Shown: one piece after another, positions 48,328 through 58,447 of the stretch
Numbering within the stretch: the first letter of the stretch is position 1
Layout: the number at the start of each line of letters is the position of its first letter
NCBI GenBank assembly: GCA_965261395.1
Contig: OZ253462.1
Span: forward strand, 4,672,001 to 4,736,000
Reading direction: 5' to 3'
DNA length: 64,000 nucleotides
Source: Candidatus Latescibacterota bacterium
Lineage (GTDB): Bacteria > Latescibacterota > UBA2968 > UBA8231
Program-made: the position numbers and the translations under genes
Notes under the pieces: model-generated
Databases searched by the model: none
Told to the model about the DNA's origin: nothing
Seen by the model: only the letters and a program-made list of their open reading frames with translations

Positions 48328-50105
48328 ATGCGTTTCTCCAAACCCGCGATCACCTCCTCGGCCAAGCGCTGTGCGGCCGCCCGGTCCGTCGGCGGGCCGC
48401 CCGCGGGCGCAAAGCGCGCAAAGTCGCAGCGCGTCAGCAGGTCGCGCAACGCCGCAGTCGTCTCGGGCTCGACTTGGCGCGCCGTCAGGGCCTCGGTACA
48501 GACCTCAATGGTCAGGCCGGCGGCGGCGAGGTTGAGGCGGTCGGCCACGAACTCCAGCACCGCGGCGCGGACCTCGCCGTAGAACTCGGCCTCGGTGCCG
48601 GCCTCAAGCAAGTCATCGGCGCGGGCTAGGCGGCGTTCAGCCTCGCCTTTGGCCCGGCGCTGGCGCGCATACGCAACATCGCCCTGCAAGCGCCGCTGGT
48701 GGCGTTGCCACAAAAGCAGGGCCAAGAAGGCGATGGGCAGCACGCCCTGCAAGGTCCAAAACCAATAGCTGTTGTATAACATGGAGGCCGCGCCGAGGAC
48801 CTCGGCGTCGGGCTTGATGTAGCGGATGTCCTCCCCGACGACCTCGATGTCGCGCCGGCTCAACCCGTAGTTCACCCCTTCTTCCTCGGCACTCCCCTCG
48901 CTGTGAACGGTGATGGGCGCGGATTCGAGCACCTCGTAGCGCGCTTGGTGTGGGTCGAAGTATGCAAAGCGCAACGGCGGGATGTTTAGGGTGCCGCCCT
49001 GCTCGGGAATCAAGATGTACTCGAAGAGGCGGCGGCCCCCGTACACGCCGTTGGTGATCCGCTCTTCTTGTTCGACCTTGGGGTCGTAGAGCTTGACGCC
49101 AGCGGCGACATCGACTTGCAGAGGCTGCACCGCGGCCATGTTGCCCTCGCCCTCGATGAGGACTCGCAGCGTCACCGGATCCCCGACCGGAACTTGGGTC
49201 GGCTGGGCCGCGACGCTGAGTTGGAAGCGCCCGACCGCGCCGGTAAATTCCGCAGGGCGGCCCTGCTCTGGCAGCGGCAGGGTCTCGATTTGCAATTCCT
49301 CGCTTTGCAGGAGCACCGAGCGCGAGCGGCCAAAAAACGGATCGCCGGCGAAGAAATCGTCGAGCACTCCGCCGCGACGCGAGCGCTGTTGGGGAATGTC
49401 GCAGGAAACGGCCAACGTGCCGACGGCGTGGGTACCCGCACTGGTGGGGAAAAGGGCCACGCGCCGCAGCGGCGCGACGTTGAAGGACACGCCGCCGCGC
49501 ACCTCCTGATGGGCCTCCAGTTGTTGGGCGACAAAGAGGTCTTCGGTCCAGAACCCGACAAAGGTCGGCAGCTTGTTGAAGCTGACGTTGTGCGGTTGGA
49601 TGCGGTAGAACAGGTCGTAGGATACGGTGACCTGCTGCCCCACATACGCTCGCTCGTGGTCGGCGCGCGCTAATACGAATATGGGGGGGTCGTCTGTCTG
49701 GCCTGCTTGCGAGCGGCTGGTGCCGCGGACGATCTCGACGGTAATGGGCTTGGTCTCATAGCGCTCGTCGCCCATTTCCAGTTGGAGCGGACCGATTGTG
49801 AAGGTACCGGCCTGCTTGGCATAGAGGACGTACGTTAACTCGCGGGTGAAGCTGACGTTGGAGAAGTTGCTCATCTCCACCTGCGTGCTAGTCGCGGGCC
49901 CCTCAACGTGGAAATCCTTTAGGTTGAACGCTGGCGTCACCTGGCCCACTTGCTCGTCGGAGGTGATGCGGAGCGTCAGGCGAATCGGCTCGCCCTGACT
50001 AGCGCGCGTGCGATCGACGGACGCCTCAAACTGAATCGTCGCCGCCGCAACGCTGGATGCCGCAAGCACCCAGAGTACTAGCGGGATAGTCAGACGCGTG
50101 CTCAC
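48324..50105 (-). CDS. batD: BatD family protein
   Basis: ASVDR, YVGQQV, LP.F.GFW, F.GAVG.F, G.GN, YFDP, DIRYIK. Confidence 0.88.
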   Translation of the reverse strand: MSTRLTIPLVLWVLAASSVAAATIQFEASVDRTRASQGEPIRLTLRITSDEQVGQVTPAFNLKDFHVEGPATSTQVEMSNFSNVSFTRELTYVLYAKQAGTFTIGPLQLEMGDERYETKPITVEIVRGTSRSQAGQTDDPPIFVLARADHERAYVGQQVTVSYDLFYRIQPHNVSFNKLPTFVGFWTEDLFVAQQLEAHQEVRGGVSFNVAPLRRVALFPTSAGTHAVGTLAVSCDIPQQRSRRGGVLDDFFAGDPFFGRSRSVLLQSEELQIETLPLPEQGRPAEFTGAVGRFQLSVAAQPTQVPVGDPVTLRVLIEGEGNMAAVQPLQVDVAAGVKLYDPKVEQEERITNGVYGGRRLFEYILIPEQGGTLNIPPLRFAYFDPHQARYEVLESAPITVHSEGSAEEEGVNYGLSRRDIEVVGEDIRYIKPDAEVLGAASMLYNSYWFWTLQGVLPIAFLALLLWQRHQRRLQGDVAYARQRRAKGEAERRLARADDLLEAGTEAEFYGEVRAAVLEFVADRLNLAAAGLTIEVCTEALTARQVEPETTAALRDLLTRCDFARFAPAGGPPTDRAAAQRLAEEVIAGLEKRI

Positions 50106-50836
50106 CAGTCTCTTGCCTGCGCTTTGCCAGTGGCGCGAAACCGGTGCTGCTGAGCTTCCAACTCGCGGTTCTTGAGGGCATCCATAAGCTGCTGCGCTTC
50201 CTCGGGACTAATGGACTGCTGCTCGGTGGGCTGTTCCTGCTGCTGTTGGTCTTGCTCTGAATCCTGCTGTTGATCCTGTTGATTTTGTTGCTGCTGTTGG
50301 TCCTGTTGATCCTGCTCTGAATTGTCCTGCTGTTCCTGTTGCTCTTGCTCCTGCTCCGAATCGTCCTGCTGATCTTGCTGATCCTGTTGCTCTTGCTGCT
50401 GCTGTTGCTGCTCCTGCAATTTCTCCAGCGCCAGCTCCAAGTTCACCTTTGCATCCTCGTCGGCGGCATCTAGCTCCAGCGCCTGCTTATACGCGGCGAC
50501 GGCCTGTTCAAACGCCTGCTGCTGAAAAAAGCTATTGCCCATGTTGTAATGGGCCTGCGCCTGGATTTTTTTCTCCTCGGCGCTGAGCACCCGCTCGAAT
50601 TCCCGCAGAGCTTGGTCGTATTCACCGCGCTTAAAAAGCGCGTCCCCAACGTTGAAGTGCAGCTCGGGCGCGTCGGGCCGGTCGAGGAGAGCGTCGCGGT
50701 AGAGCTGGAGGGCCTGATCGTACTCGCCGCGCTGATAGTGCTCCAAAGCCTCGGCGCTCTTGCTGGCCACGGGATCGCCCACGGTCGCCCCGCAGACGAC
50801 TAGCCAGATCCCCAAGACAACCCATAGTGTACCCAT
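50102..50836 (-). CDS. batC: BatC-like TPR protein with Gln-rich linker
   Basis: Start at ATG 50836 (TAATG coupling); TPRs, NLELA, poly-Q/D tract, EA.QL..AL...E, terminal RDW. Confidence 0.82.
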   Translation of the reverse strand: MGTLWVVLGIWLVVCGATVGDPVASKSAEALEHYQRGEYDQALQLYRDALLDRPDAPELHFNVGDALFKRGEYDQALREFERVLSAEEKKIQAQAHYNMGNSFFQQQAFEQAVAAYKQALELDAADEDAKVNLELALEKLQEQQQQQQEQQDQQDQQDDSEQEQEQQEQQDNSEQDQQDQQQQQNQQDQQQDSEQDQQQQEQPTEQQSISPEEAQQLMDALKNRELEAQQHRFRATGKAQARDW

Positions 50837-51861
50837 TAGGCGAACCGCCCTTTCCACTCGCGGGCCTGTACCCGCGCATCGCCTAAGAAAACCTCGGCGA
50901 AGAAACAGCAAAGAGCTAATAGTAAGGGCCATTGGAAACGCTCCTGATAGCGGGTGAGGCGAGTCGAGCCGATTTCGCGCTGATCCATCTCGGCGATCTG
51001 GTCGTATAAGGCTGCTAACTCCGCGCCTCCCAAAGTGCTGCGAAAGTAATCGCCCCCCGTCTCCAGTGCCATATCCTGCAAAGTGCTCTCGTCGAGCCGG
51101 GTTTTGACGTATTGGCCGCGCTTGTCTTTGTGAAAGCTCACGCCCCCGTCCTCCTCTTCGGTAGGAATGAGTTCGCCGTCGGGCGTCCCCAGCCCCACGG
51201 CAAAAATGCGCACGCCCTGTCCGGCGGCGGCCTGCGCTGCCGCCAGCGGCTGCCCAATGTGATCCTCGCCATCGGTGAAGAGCACGATGGCTTTGTGCTG
51301 GCCCTCGCCTTCCTCAAACGAGCGCGTGGCCAGCCGTACAGCGTCGCCAATAGCCGTCCCCTGGACGGGTACAACCCCGGCGTCCAGTACATCGAGAAAC
51401 AGTTCCACGGCCCCGTAGTCGGTCGTCAGCGGGCATTGGACAAAGGCTTGGCCGGCAAAGACCACCAACCCGACCCGGTCGCCTTGGAGCAAGTCCAACA
51501 GGCTGCGAATTTGGTATTTGGCCCGCGCCAAGCGACTCGGCTTGACGTCCTCGGCCTGCATGCTGCGCGACACGTCGAGTACCAGCATCACGTCCACGCC
51601 CTTGCGCTGGGCCATTTCGAGTTGGGTGCCGAATTGGGGGCCGGTCAGCGCGAGGATCGCAAAGAAGGTTCCCAGTCCCAAGAGGACGTACTTGCCCATC
51701 TGGCGACCCCGGCTCAGGTTGCGGGTCAGCTTCTCGGCCAGAGCGCTACGGGCAAAACGCGCCAAGGCGCGGCGGCGTGCCCAGAGCGCCCAAGCAAAAA
51801 AGGCCGCCAAAAAGGGCAATAGCAACAGCAGCCAAAAATTGTACAAGTTCGCAAAGCGCAT
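50836..51861 (-). CDS. batB: BatB-like VWA domain protein
   Basis: MIDAS motif DVSRSM, D..PSRL, QCPLT.D, QGT, TDGEDH, ERFQWPL. Confidence 0.88.
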   Translation of the reverse strand: MRFANLYNFWLLLLLPFLAAFFAWALWARRRALARFARSALAEKLTRNLSRGRQMGKYVLLGLGTFFAILALTGPQFGTQLEMAQRKGVDVMLVLDVSRSMQAEDVKPSRLARAKYQIRSLLDLLQGDRVGLVVFAGQAFVQCPLTTDYGAVELFLDVLDAGVVPVQGTAIGDAVRLATRSFEEGEGQHKAIVLFTDGEDHIGQPLAAAQAAAGQGVRIFAVGLGTPDGELIPTEEEDGGVSFHKDKRGQYVKTRLDESTLQDMALETGGDYFRSTLGGAELAALYDQIAEMDQREIGSTRLTRYQERFQWPLLLALCCFFAEVFLGDARVQAREWKGRFA

Positions 51862-51867
51862 AAAAAC

Positions 51868-52872
51868 TCAGGGCAGGGAGCGGAAGCGGGTATGGGCCAA
51901 CAGCATCTCCACCAACAGCAGGCCCAAGCCCACGTAAAGAAAATAGGCGAAGCGCTCCGAGTAGTTCAGGTGGATTGAGGATTTGATCTCGGTTGCCTCT
52001 AACTCGCCGATTTCGCTATAGATGGCCTCTAGCTTTTCCTCGCTGGTCGCCCGAAAGTACTGGCCGCCGGTGCGCGCAGCTACCTCTTGTAAGGTCTCCT
52101 CGTCGATCTCCACCTGGACGGTCTGATAGCGGGTGCCGAAAATCCCGCGCACGGGCCGGCGAATCTCCCCGTCGCTGCCCACGCCAATCGTATAGACCCG
52201 AATGCCCACGGCTGCGGCCACCTCGGCCGCGGTCAACGGCTCGACCTCGCCGGCGTTGTTCACGCCATCGGTCAGCAGGATAATCACCCGGCTTTCGGCG
52301 TCCGAGTCGCGCAGGCGATTGCAGGCGTTGATCAGCGCCATGCCAATGGCCGTGCCATCCCATTCCTCGCCGGCGATTTCCACGCCTTCGAGAAACTCCA
52401 ACAGCACTCGATAGTCGAGGGTCAGCGGGCACTGCGTGAAGCTTTCGCCGGCAAAGACGACCATGCCGATGCGGTCGCTGTGACGGCCGGAGATAAAGTC
52501 GGCCACCACTTCCTTGGCCACCTGTAAGCGGTTCTTCTGGCCCTCGGCTAGGTCATTCAGCTCCATGCTCGACGAGATGTCTAAGGTCAGCATGATGTCG
52601 ATGCCCTCGCCCGATATTTCCCGCACCTCGCGCCCGGCTTGCGGGCGGGCCATCGCCGCGATGAGGCAGCCCAAGCCGAGCATCTTCAAAACGAGGAGGC
52701 CGTGCCGGAGCTTGGTCCACAGCGACGCTGTGGCGCGGCGCAACACGCCGAGATCGGAAAACTGCACGCTGCTCTGGCGGCCTCGGTGCGCGCGCACATA
52801 GCTGTAGAGCAGAACGGGCAACAGCAGGAGTAGCAACAGCCACTCGGGGTTCTCAAACCGGATGTTCTGCAT
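51868..52872 (-). CDS. batA: BatA-like VWA domain protein
   Basis: ARPQ, GIDI...DISSSM, NRL..AK, DGTAIG, LLTDGVNNAG, IDE.TL..A..TGG.YFRA. Confidence 0.9.
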   Translation of the reverse strand: MQNIRFENPEWLLLLLLLPVLLYSYVRAHRGRQSSVQFSDLGVLRRATASLWTKLRHGLLVLKMLGLGCLIAAMARPQAGREVREISGEGIDIMLTLDISSSMELNDLAEGQKNRLQVAKEVVADFISGRHSDRIGMVVFAGESFTQCPLTLDYRVLLEFLEGVEIAGEEWDGTAIGMALINACNRLRDSDAESRVIILLTDGVNNAGEVEPLTAAEVAAAVGIRVYTIGVGSDGEIRRPVRGIFGTRYQTVQVEIDEETLQEVAARTGGQYFRATSEEKLEAIYSEIGELEATEIKSSIHLNYSERFAYFLYVGLGLLLVEMLLAHTRFRSLP

Positions 52873-53785
52873 GAGTCTCAGCAGCGCGGGTTGCGATCGC
52901 TTCCTCAATAGCACGCAATATGGCGAGGCCGACATCCGGTGCGCGCCGGGCCGCGTCCAGCGCCGGATGGAAGCGGGCGAACTTCACCAAGTCGGCCTCG
53001 CCCAAATAGTCGAGTATCCGCTGCCTAAGAGCGGCATCGACCTCGGCCTCCCGCAGCGCGTCCGCCAGCTCGGACGTGGTCTGCTCCATCGCCTCAATGG
53101 TCAGGCTCTGCTCCAAGAAGCGGCGCAGATTTTCCGCCAGCAGCGAGTAGTATGTTTTGAACTCACCGCGCTCCAACAGGCCGCTCTCGGCGATGCGCGC
53201 GAATTCAGCCGCGTAGTCTATCGGCTCGGGCGGGGGCGGAGGCTCCAGGGTGCGGGTGCGACGACGCCAGAGCCAAACGCCGCCGAGCGCGCAAAGCACC
53301 AACGCCAGCAGGCCGATTACTACGACCACCCACAACGGCACCCCGCCGACGACGATTACGGGCGGTTTGATGTCGCGCGGTTGGTCCTCCCCTTCGCTCC
53401 GGGCGCTGATGACCTCTATGGCTAAGGGTTGAGTCGCGCGCAGGAGCGTGTCGCCCGCAGCGGTGACAAAGGGCACGGCCACGGCCGGCACCTCGTGTAG
53501 CCCCAGCTCGTAGAGACGCAGTTCGCATTCTTGCGCCAGCTCGAAGCCAGTCGCGACCTCGCGTTGGTTCCAGCCGGCGCAGCGGGGGGCAAAATCCCGG
53601 AGGATCTGGGACAGGTCCGGGGCCTCGGGACGCGCGGTGGCGTCGTGGTGAAGGGTCAACGTCAGGCGGATGGGATCGCCGACCCGAGCCGCCGCGGTGT
53701 CCAAGGTCGCCTCGGCCCGAGGGATTTGGGCGTGCAGCCCCTCGGCGAGAACGACCAGCGCGGCGAACAGACCGCCGATATACAT
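52853..53785 (-). CDS. Bat-operon membrane protein (BatD-related/DUF4381-like)
   Basis: Signal peptide, Ig-like part, DIKPP, TM segment, YYS.L...LR.FLE, E.TT.E, ADLVKFA. Confidence 0.75.
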   Translation of the reverse strand: MYIGGLFAALVVLAEGLHAQIPRAEATLDTAAARVGDPIRLTLTLHHDATARPEAPDLSQILRDFAPRCAGWNQREVATGFELAQECELRLYELGLHEVPAVAVPFVTAAGDTLLRATQPLAIEVISARSEGEDQPRDIKPPVIVVGGVPLWVVVVIGLLALVLCALGGVWLWRRRTRTLEPPPPPEPIDYAAEFARIAESGLLERGEFKTYYSLLAENLRRFLEQSLTIEAMEQTTSELADALREAEVDAALRQRILDYLGEADLVKFARFHPALDAARRAPDVGLAILRAIEEAIATRAAETHAEHPV

Positions 53786-55197
53786 TACGGACTGTCAGCG
53801 CCGCCGTCGTTGGGGTCTTCGCTACTGGCGGCGGGTGCAGCCGGCTTTTTGGGAGCTTGCGCCACGTCGTCTAGGCCCAAATCCAACTCGGCGAGGTCGT
53901 CGACACTCACGACGTACACCGCGTCGTCGCCTTCTTGTTGCAGGTACGAGGTCCCGGCGGCTTGGCTGAAGCGAGCGGTCAGCAGGGCTTGCTCTCCGCC
54001 GCTAAGCTCGATACTAAAGGCGGGCGCGGCCTCGGCAGGTAGCTCGGCGGCAAAACCCTCGACTTCGAGTTGCTCCAAGTCGCTCAGGAGGCTGTTGAGC
54101 TTCCACGATTTGGCGTCGCGCCCCACCGGCTCGGACAAATGCCACACCCCGCTGGTGTCCTTGTCGGCCGCAAACGCGGGCGCAGCTCCGCGAATCAGGA
54201 CGATGTGCTCGACCTGCTCGCGCGCAAAGCGCAAGGGCTTTTTGTCGCGCAGGTCGGAAATGTCCTTGGTAAGCTCTTGCACCAGCGTCGAATCAACCAA
54301 GAAAACTTGCGGCCGGCTGGCGTCGCGCGCGTACCAACGGCCCTGTTGGTCCACGCCGCCAATGGCCAAGCGCTTCTCGGCCCGGTCTTCGCCGACGAGC
54401 AGGGCGATCTCCACCTGCGGAGCGCTCCCCAAGCCATAGGTGGCCAAGGCGTCGGCGTCTGGATCTTCGGCGACAAAAGCCTCGATCTCGGCTTGGTCGA
54501 GTTTGTCGAGTAGGCCGCCCACCGCGTCGGCGTCGGCCCGGGCAGCTACCGGCTCGCGCAATTGCCAGCCAAGCTCGGCCCGCGCCAGCATAGCTGCGCC
54601 GCCCGCACCCCACCGCTGCACCTGCATCACCTCGTCTTTGGCAAAGGCCAGCACCCGGCGGTCGCGTAGGTCAAAAGCGCGCTTGTCGAAGTTGTCGAAG
54701 CGCCAAGCGCGCATCACAAAGATCTCGGGATTGTCGCCTTGTAGTTGGGCGTAGGTGAAGCGGTCGGTGGGGCTGTCCGCTCCGAAAGCCACCACCTGCT
54801 CGGCGCCGTCCTCGGTTTGCAGCCGCACTTTGAGCCTCGGTGCGTCAAGCCCGTATTGGGCAGCTTCCTCGGCGCTCGCCGCCGCGCTATCGACGACCAC
54901 CTTTTCCCGCTCGCACTCGCGCAAATTGCGCAAGTAGCGCTCCACGGCCTCTTGGTCTGCACCGTCGGTCATGGGTGCGCTCAGGTTCCAGCCGCTCGCC
55001 CCCTTGTCCAACGCCAAGGCATCGCTGCCGCGCAACAGCTCGAGCCGCTGTGCGTCGCCGTCTTGGAAGGCGAATAGCTGCTTGGATTTTTCGGCTTCTT
55101 CGCGGCGCTCCTCGCCGCCTTTGATCTCGTAGAAATAGACAAAGGCCAACAGCGCCAAGAAGACTGCACCAATTACGGCATTGGTCTTGAATTTCAT
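53785..55197 (-). CDS. DUF4340 domain protein (three repeats)
   Basis: Start at ATG 55197; repeated W.L..P....AD, YGL..P and LRD motifs; lies next to the GldG-like gene. Confidence 0.8.
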   Translation of the reverse strand: MKFKTNAVIGAVFLALLAFVYFYEIKGGEERREEAEKSKQLFAFQDGDAQRLELLRGSDALALDKGASGWNLSAPMTDGADQEAVERYLRNLRECEREKVVVDSAAASAEEAAQYGLDAPRLKVRLQTEDGAEQVVAFGADSPTDRFTYAQLQGDNPEIFVMRAWRFDNFDKRAFDLRDRRVLAFAKDEVMQVQRWGAGGAAMLARAELGWQLREPVAARADADAVGGLLDKLDQAEIEAFVAEDPDADALATYGLGSAPQVEIALLVGEDRAEKRLAIGGVDQQGRWYARDASRPQVFLVDSTLVQELTKDISDLRDKKPLRFAREQVEHIVLIRGAAPAFAADKDTSGVWHLSEPVGRDAKSWKLNSLLSDLEQLEVEGFAAELPAEAAPAFSIELSGGEQALLTARFSQAAGTSYLQQEGDDAVYVVSVDDLAELDLGLDDVAQAPKKPAAPAASSEDPNDGGADSP

Positions 55198-58100
55198 GCT
55201 AGCTCCTCTTGTACAAAGACCTTTTTGATCCACACGAGAATCGCCGCGTTGACCACGAAGACCGCGGCGTAAAGCAACTGGACCGTCTCGTTGGGAATCA
55301 GCGAGAAACCAAAGCTGGCGCCAGTGAAAATCGTCAGGGCGACCACGCCGGCGCACAACACGGAAAACACCAAGCCGGACTGCCAAGCCCACGCCGCGTG
55401 CCGATAGAGACCGTAGCCAATGGCCGCCGAGGCCAAGGCCGCGATCAATTTGACCTCGCCTTCAAAGATCGTCCCCTCGCTGGTGGCAATGATACCGCTG
55501 ATGAAGAAGAACATCGCATTGCCCCAAAAGATGTACACCAGCCACGAGACAAAGCCGTCGGCATAGGTCTGATAGCCGCGCCGGAGCACCATGACCATGC
55601 CCGACAAAGCGACTGCAAAGGGCAGCATGAACACCGAAACCCAGAGAATGACCGAGCCCTGATTGCCAATCAGGTTAATGGGATTAAAGGCGGGTTGCTT
55701 GTCGGCGATGGCTAGGCGGTCTTCGCCCTCGGTGAGCCAGCCGACGCTGCCGACCAACAACTCGCCATTGGCCTGCTGGGCAAAGTACTGGTTGGAGGCA
55801 AAATCCGCGTCGCCGATAACCACCAGTCGCGTCCGTCCCTCGGACGCCAAGCTGGTATCAGCCGCCGCGGAGACCGCCACGCCCAGCGGCACCGGGCCGC
55901 GCATATCCATTTCCGGGTCGAACTCCACCTCGCCGCCCTCGCCCACTATCGGCGCTAAGTCGGTTTCGCCCCAACTGCTTTTGTGGGTGTACGCCAATGC
56001 GGCGATGTCTGGCTCCTTGAGCCGATGCTCGGTGAGCTGCACCGAGCGCGCCAGCGGGAAGAAGCTCATCGTGCCAGCGGATAGCTTTTGGGTGATCGGA
56101 TGATCGCCGTAGTTGATGACCACCGGCACCGAGACATCCGCGCCAAAGAGCTGGCCCAAGCCGCTCAGATCGACGACAAAGTCCTGCCCTAGCTCAACCG
56201 AGTATTCGTTCAACAGCGCTTCGAGCCCGGTCGGCTGGCCTGGATCGAGCAAAAACAGCGCACTGCCCCCGCCGGCCAAGTATTGCCGCAGCACTTCGGC
56301 GTCGGCCGCAGCAAAGCGCTCCTTTGGCCCCAAAACCACCACTAATGTGGCGTCGTCGGGCACCGGCTCAGCGAGCGTCAGCCCTCCCTCGACCGCGAAG
56401 TTTAGCTCCTTGAGGCGGCCTTTGAGGGTGGAATAACCCTGCTCATCGACTTGGTCCAGCTCGGCCTCGCCGTGGCCGCTGGTGAAATAGGCCCTTAGCT
56501 CGCGGCCTTTGAGCGCCTTGAGAATGGCATTGCTCAACGCCTCTTCGCTCTGGGCGGTAATGCGCTCGCTGCGCACCTGCCCTTCCTCGATCACTTCAAT
56601 AATCGAGGTCCCGCGCTCGCGGATGTTGTTCTGCTCAACGCGCAGCCGGTTCTTCTGCGGGTCCAACAGCTCGTAGTCGAAGTTGGACGACAGATAGCTG
56701 TACTCCTTTAAGAGGTCCTCAAAGCGCACGTTCTCCATCTCGCCCATGAAGGTCTTGACGCTGACGTACTGGCCGTTGTCTTCGAGCGGCGCGAGGAGCC
56801 TGTGGGTGTCGTCGGAGAGGGTAAAGAGCGCGTCGGCGGTCATGTCCTTGCGGAGGTGGTAGCGGTCGCCGAGGAAGTTGACCAGCGCGGCAATGCCGAG
56901 CGAAATCACAATGCCCAACCCGGCCGCGCTCAAGTCGGCCAAGCTCCAGCGCCCCTTGCGCGAGACGACCACAATGCCGACCAAGGCGATCAGCCCCGGA
57001 TAGAGCACCACGCTGAGCCAGAAAATCCACTCGCTGTCGCTCTCGGTCAGGGCGATGGGATTGTGGCCTGGCTCGCGGGGGCGAATCGAGATCAGGGCTT
57101 CGTCCTCGGCCAGCCAGCTCAGGGCATTGAGGGCCAAGTCGCCGTTGCCCTGGACGCCGAAGTATTGGTTGGTGGCAAAGTCCGAATCCCCAAAGACCAC
57201 CAAGCGACCCCCGGCCTCGGTGTCTAGGACGGCGACGGCCAAGGACACCGGCCCGGGCTGATCGACGCCCTCGTCGAGTTTGACCGTCTGATTGCCCTCG
57301 CTGGTGAGCACGCTCAAGTCGGTCTCGGCCCAACCGGCCTCCGATGTCTGGACTAGGGCGGTCCCCTCGCGGCCGCTGCGCTCGTCAAAGCGCACCGAGC
57401 GCCCGAGTTGGAAGAAGGTCATCATGCCTTGGTGCTTGCGCGTGACTGGGTGGTCGCCGTAGGAGAGGGCAACCGGCGTGGTAAAGTCGAGGCCAAAGAG
57501 CGAGCCAATGCCGCTGGTGTCGATGACAAAGTCGTCGCCGACCGCCACGCCCCACTCGCCCAACAGCTCTTCTAGGCCGCTGTCGGCGAGGGGGTCCAAG
57601 AGCAACAGCAGGGCACCGCCTGCTGCTAGGTAGGAGCGGATGGCCTCGACCTCCACCGGGAAGAAAGGCGTGCGCGGGCCAGCTATGACCAGCACGGCGC
57701 AATTTTCGGGCACCACTCCCTCGCGAGCGAGGAACAGCGAATCCTCGACCGCGTAGTCGATTTCCACCAATTGGGCCTGTAGCTGTTCTAGTCCCTCGGG
57801 TTGGTTGACGAGCCGGCGCTCGCCGTGCCCCACCGTCAAGTAGATCCGGTCTTGGCGCTCTCGCGTTAGCTTGAGTAGCGAGTTGACGATCTCGCGCTCT
57901 TCGAGTTCGGTGATTTGCTGTTGTTTGTCGCCGCTTTCCAACACCAGCGTGTCGTAGCGGCGGATGCCGTATTCCTCAGTGCGAAGCGGGTCGCGGTCCG
58001 GGTCGATAAACTCGTAGCTGAAGCGAGTGTTGTACGTCTCCAACTCGGCCAGCAGCAGTTTGAGTCCGGCGTTCTCCCCCCCCTCCATAAAGGCGAGGGC

Positions 58101-58445
58101 GTGGACATCCCTGTCCAAAGCCTTGAGCGTCTCCACCGTCAGGTCGGAGAGGCTGTGTAGCTGGCCCTCGGTCAGGTCGAAGCGCTCGGGATAGCGGTTG
58201 CCCAAAAAATTGATCATGGCCACAATGCCGAAGACCATGATGCCGCCCCAAAAGGCGTTGAGCCAGCGGCCGTACTGGCGGAAGAGCGTCGGGTTGAGCA
58301 GCCCAGCCGCGGCCACCATCAGGGCACCGAGTGCCAAGTTGAAAAGCCCGATTGAGCCGCTTTCGGCGTTGAGCAGATAGGCCGAGCCACCCGCGACCAT
58401 CAGCGCCGCGCCGACCAGCCCCAAGGGAGTGGTATATGCCTTCAT
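55194..58445 (-). CDS. GldG-family ABC auxiliary protein with two tandem modules
   Basis: Each motif appears twice: NFLG.RY..R.D.T, GHGE, LLDP, DFV.D.SG.G.LFG, YGDHP.T, GD.DFA.NQYF. Confidence 0.85.
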   Translation of the reverse strand: MKAYTTPLGLVGAALMVAGGSAYLLNAESGSIGLFNLALGALMVAAAGLLNPTLFRQYGRWLNAFWGGIMVFGIVAMINFLGNRYPERFDLTEGQLHSLSDLTVETLKALDRDVHALAFMEGGENAGLKLLLAELETYNTRFSYEFIDPDRDPLRTEEYGIRRYDTLVLESGDKQQQITELEEREIVNSLLKLTRERQDRIYLTVGHGERRLVNQPEGLEQLQAQLVEIDYAVEDSLFLAREGVVPENCAVLVIAGPRTPFFPVEVEAIRSYLAAGGALLLLLDPLADSGLEELLGEWGVAVGDDFVIDTSGIGSLFGLDFTTPVALSYGDHPVTRKHQGMMTFFQLGRSVRFDERSGREGTALVQTSEAGWAETDLSVLTSEGNQTVKLDEGVDQPGPVSLAVAVLDTEAGGRLVVFGDSDFATNQYFGVQGNGDLALNALSWLAEDEALISIRPREPGHNPIALTESDSEWIFWLSVVLYPGLIALVGIVVVSRKGRWSLADLSAAGLGIVISLGIAALVNFLGDRYHLRKDMTADALFTLSDDTHRLLAPLEDNGQYVSVKTFMGEMENVRFEDLLKEYSYLSSNFDYELLDPQKNRLRVEQNNIRERGTSIIEVIEEGQVRSERITAQSEEALSNAILKALKGRELRAYFTSGHGEAELDQVDEQGYSTLKGRLKELNFAVEGGLTLAEPVPDDATLVVVLGPKERFAAADAEVLRQYLAGGGSALFLLDPGQPTGLEALLNEYSVELGQDFVVDLSGLGQLFGADVSVPVVINYGDHPITQKLSAGTMSFFPLARSVQLTEHRLKEPDIAALAYTHKSSWGETDLAPIVGEGGEVEFDPEMDMRGPVPLGVAVSAAADTSLASEGRTRLVVIGDADFASNQYFAQQANGELLVGSVGWLTEGEDRLAIADKQPAFNPINLIGNQGSVILWVSVFMLPFAVALSGMVMVLRRGYQTYADGFVSWLVYIFWGNAMFFFISGIIATSEGTIFEGEVKLIAALASAAIGYGLYRHAAWAWQSGLVFSVLCAGVVALTIFTGASFGFSLIPNETVQLLYAAVFVVNAAILVWIKKVFVQEELA

Positions 58446-58447
58446 GC

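Noticed and set aside
50215-50420. CAG/CTG-rich repetitive tract, checked as a CRISPR or VNTR
   Set aside because: It encodes the Gln/Asp-rich linker normal for BatC; no repeat-spacer structure.
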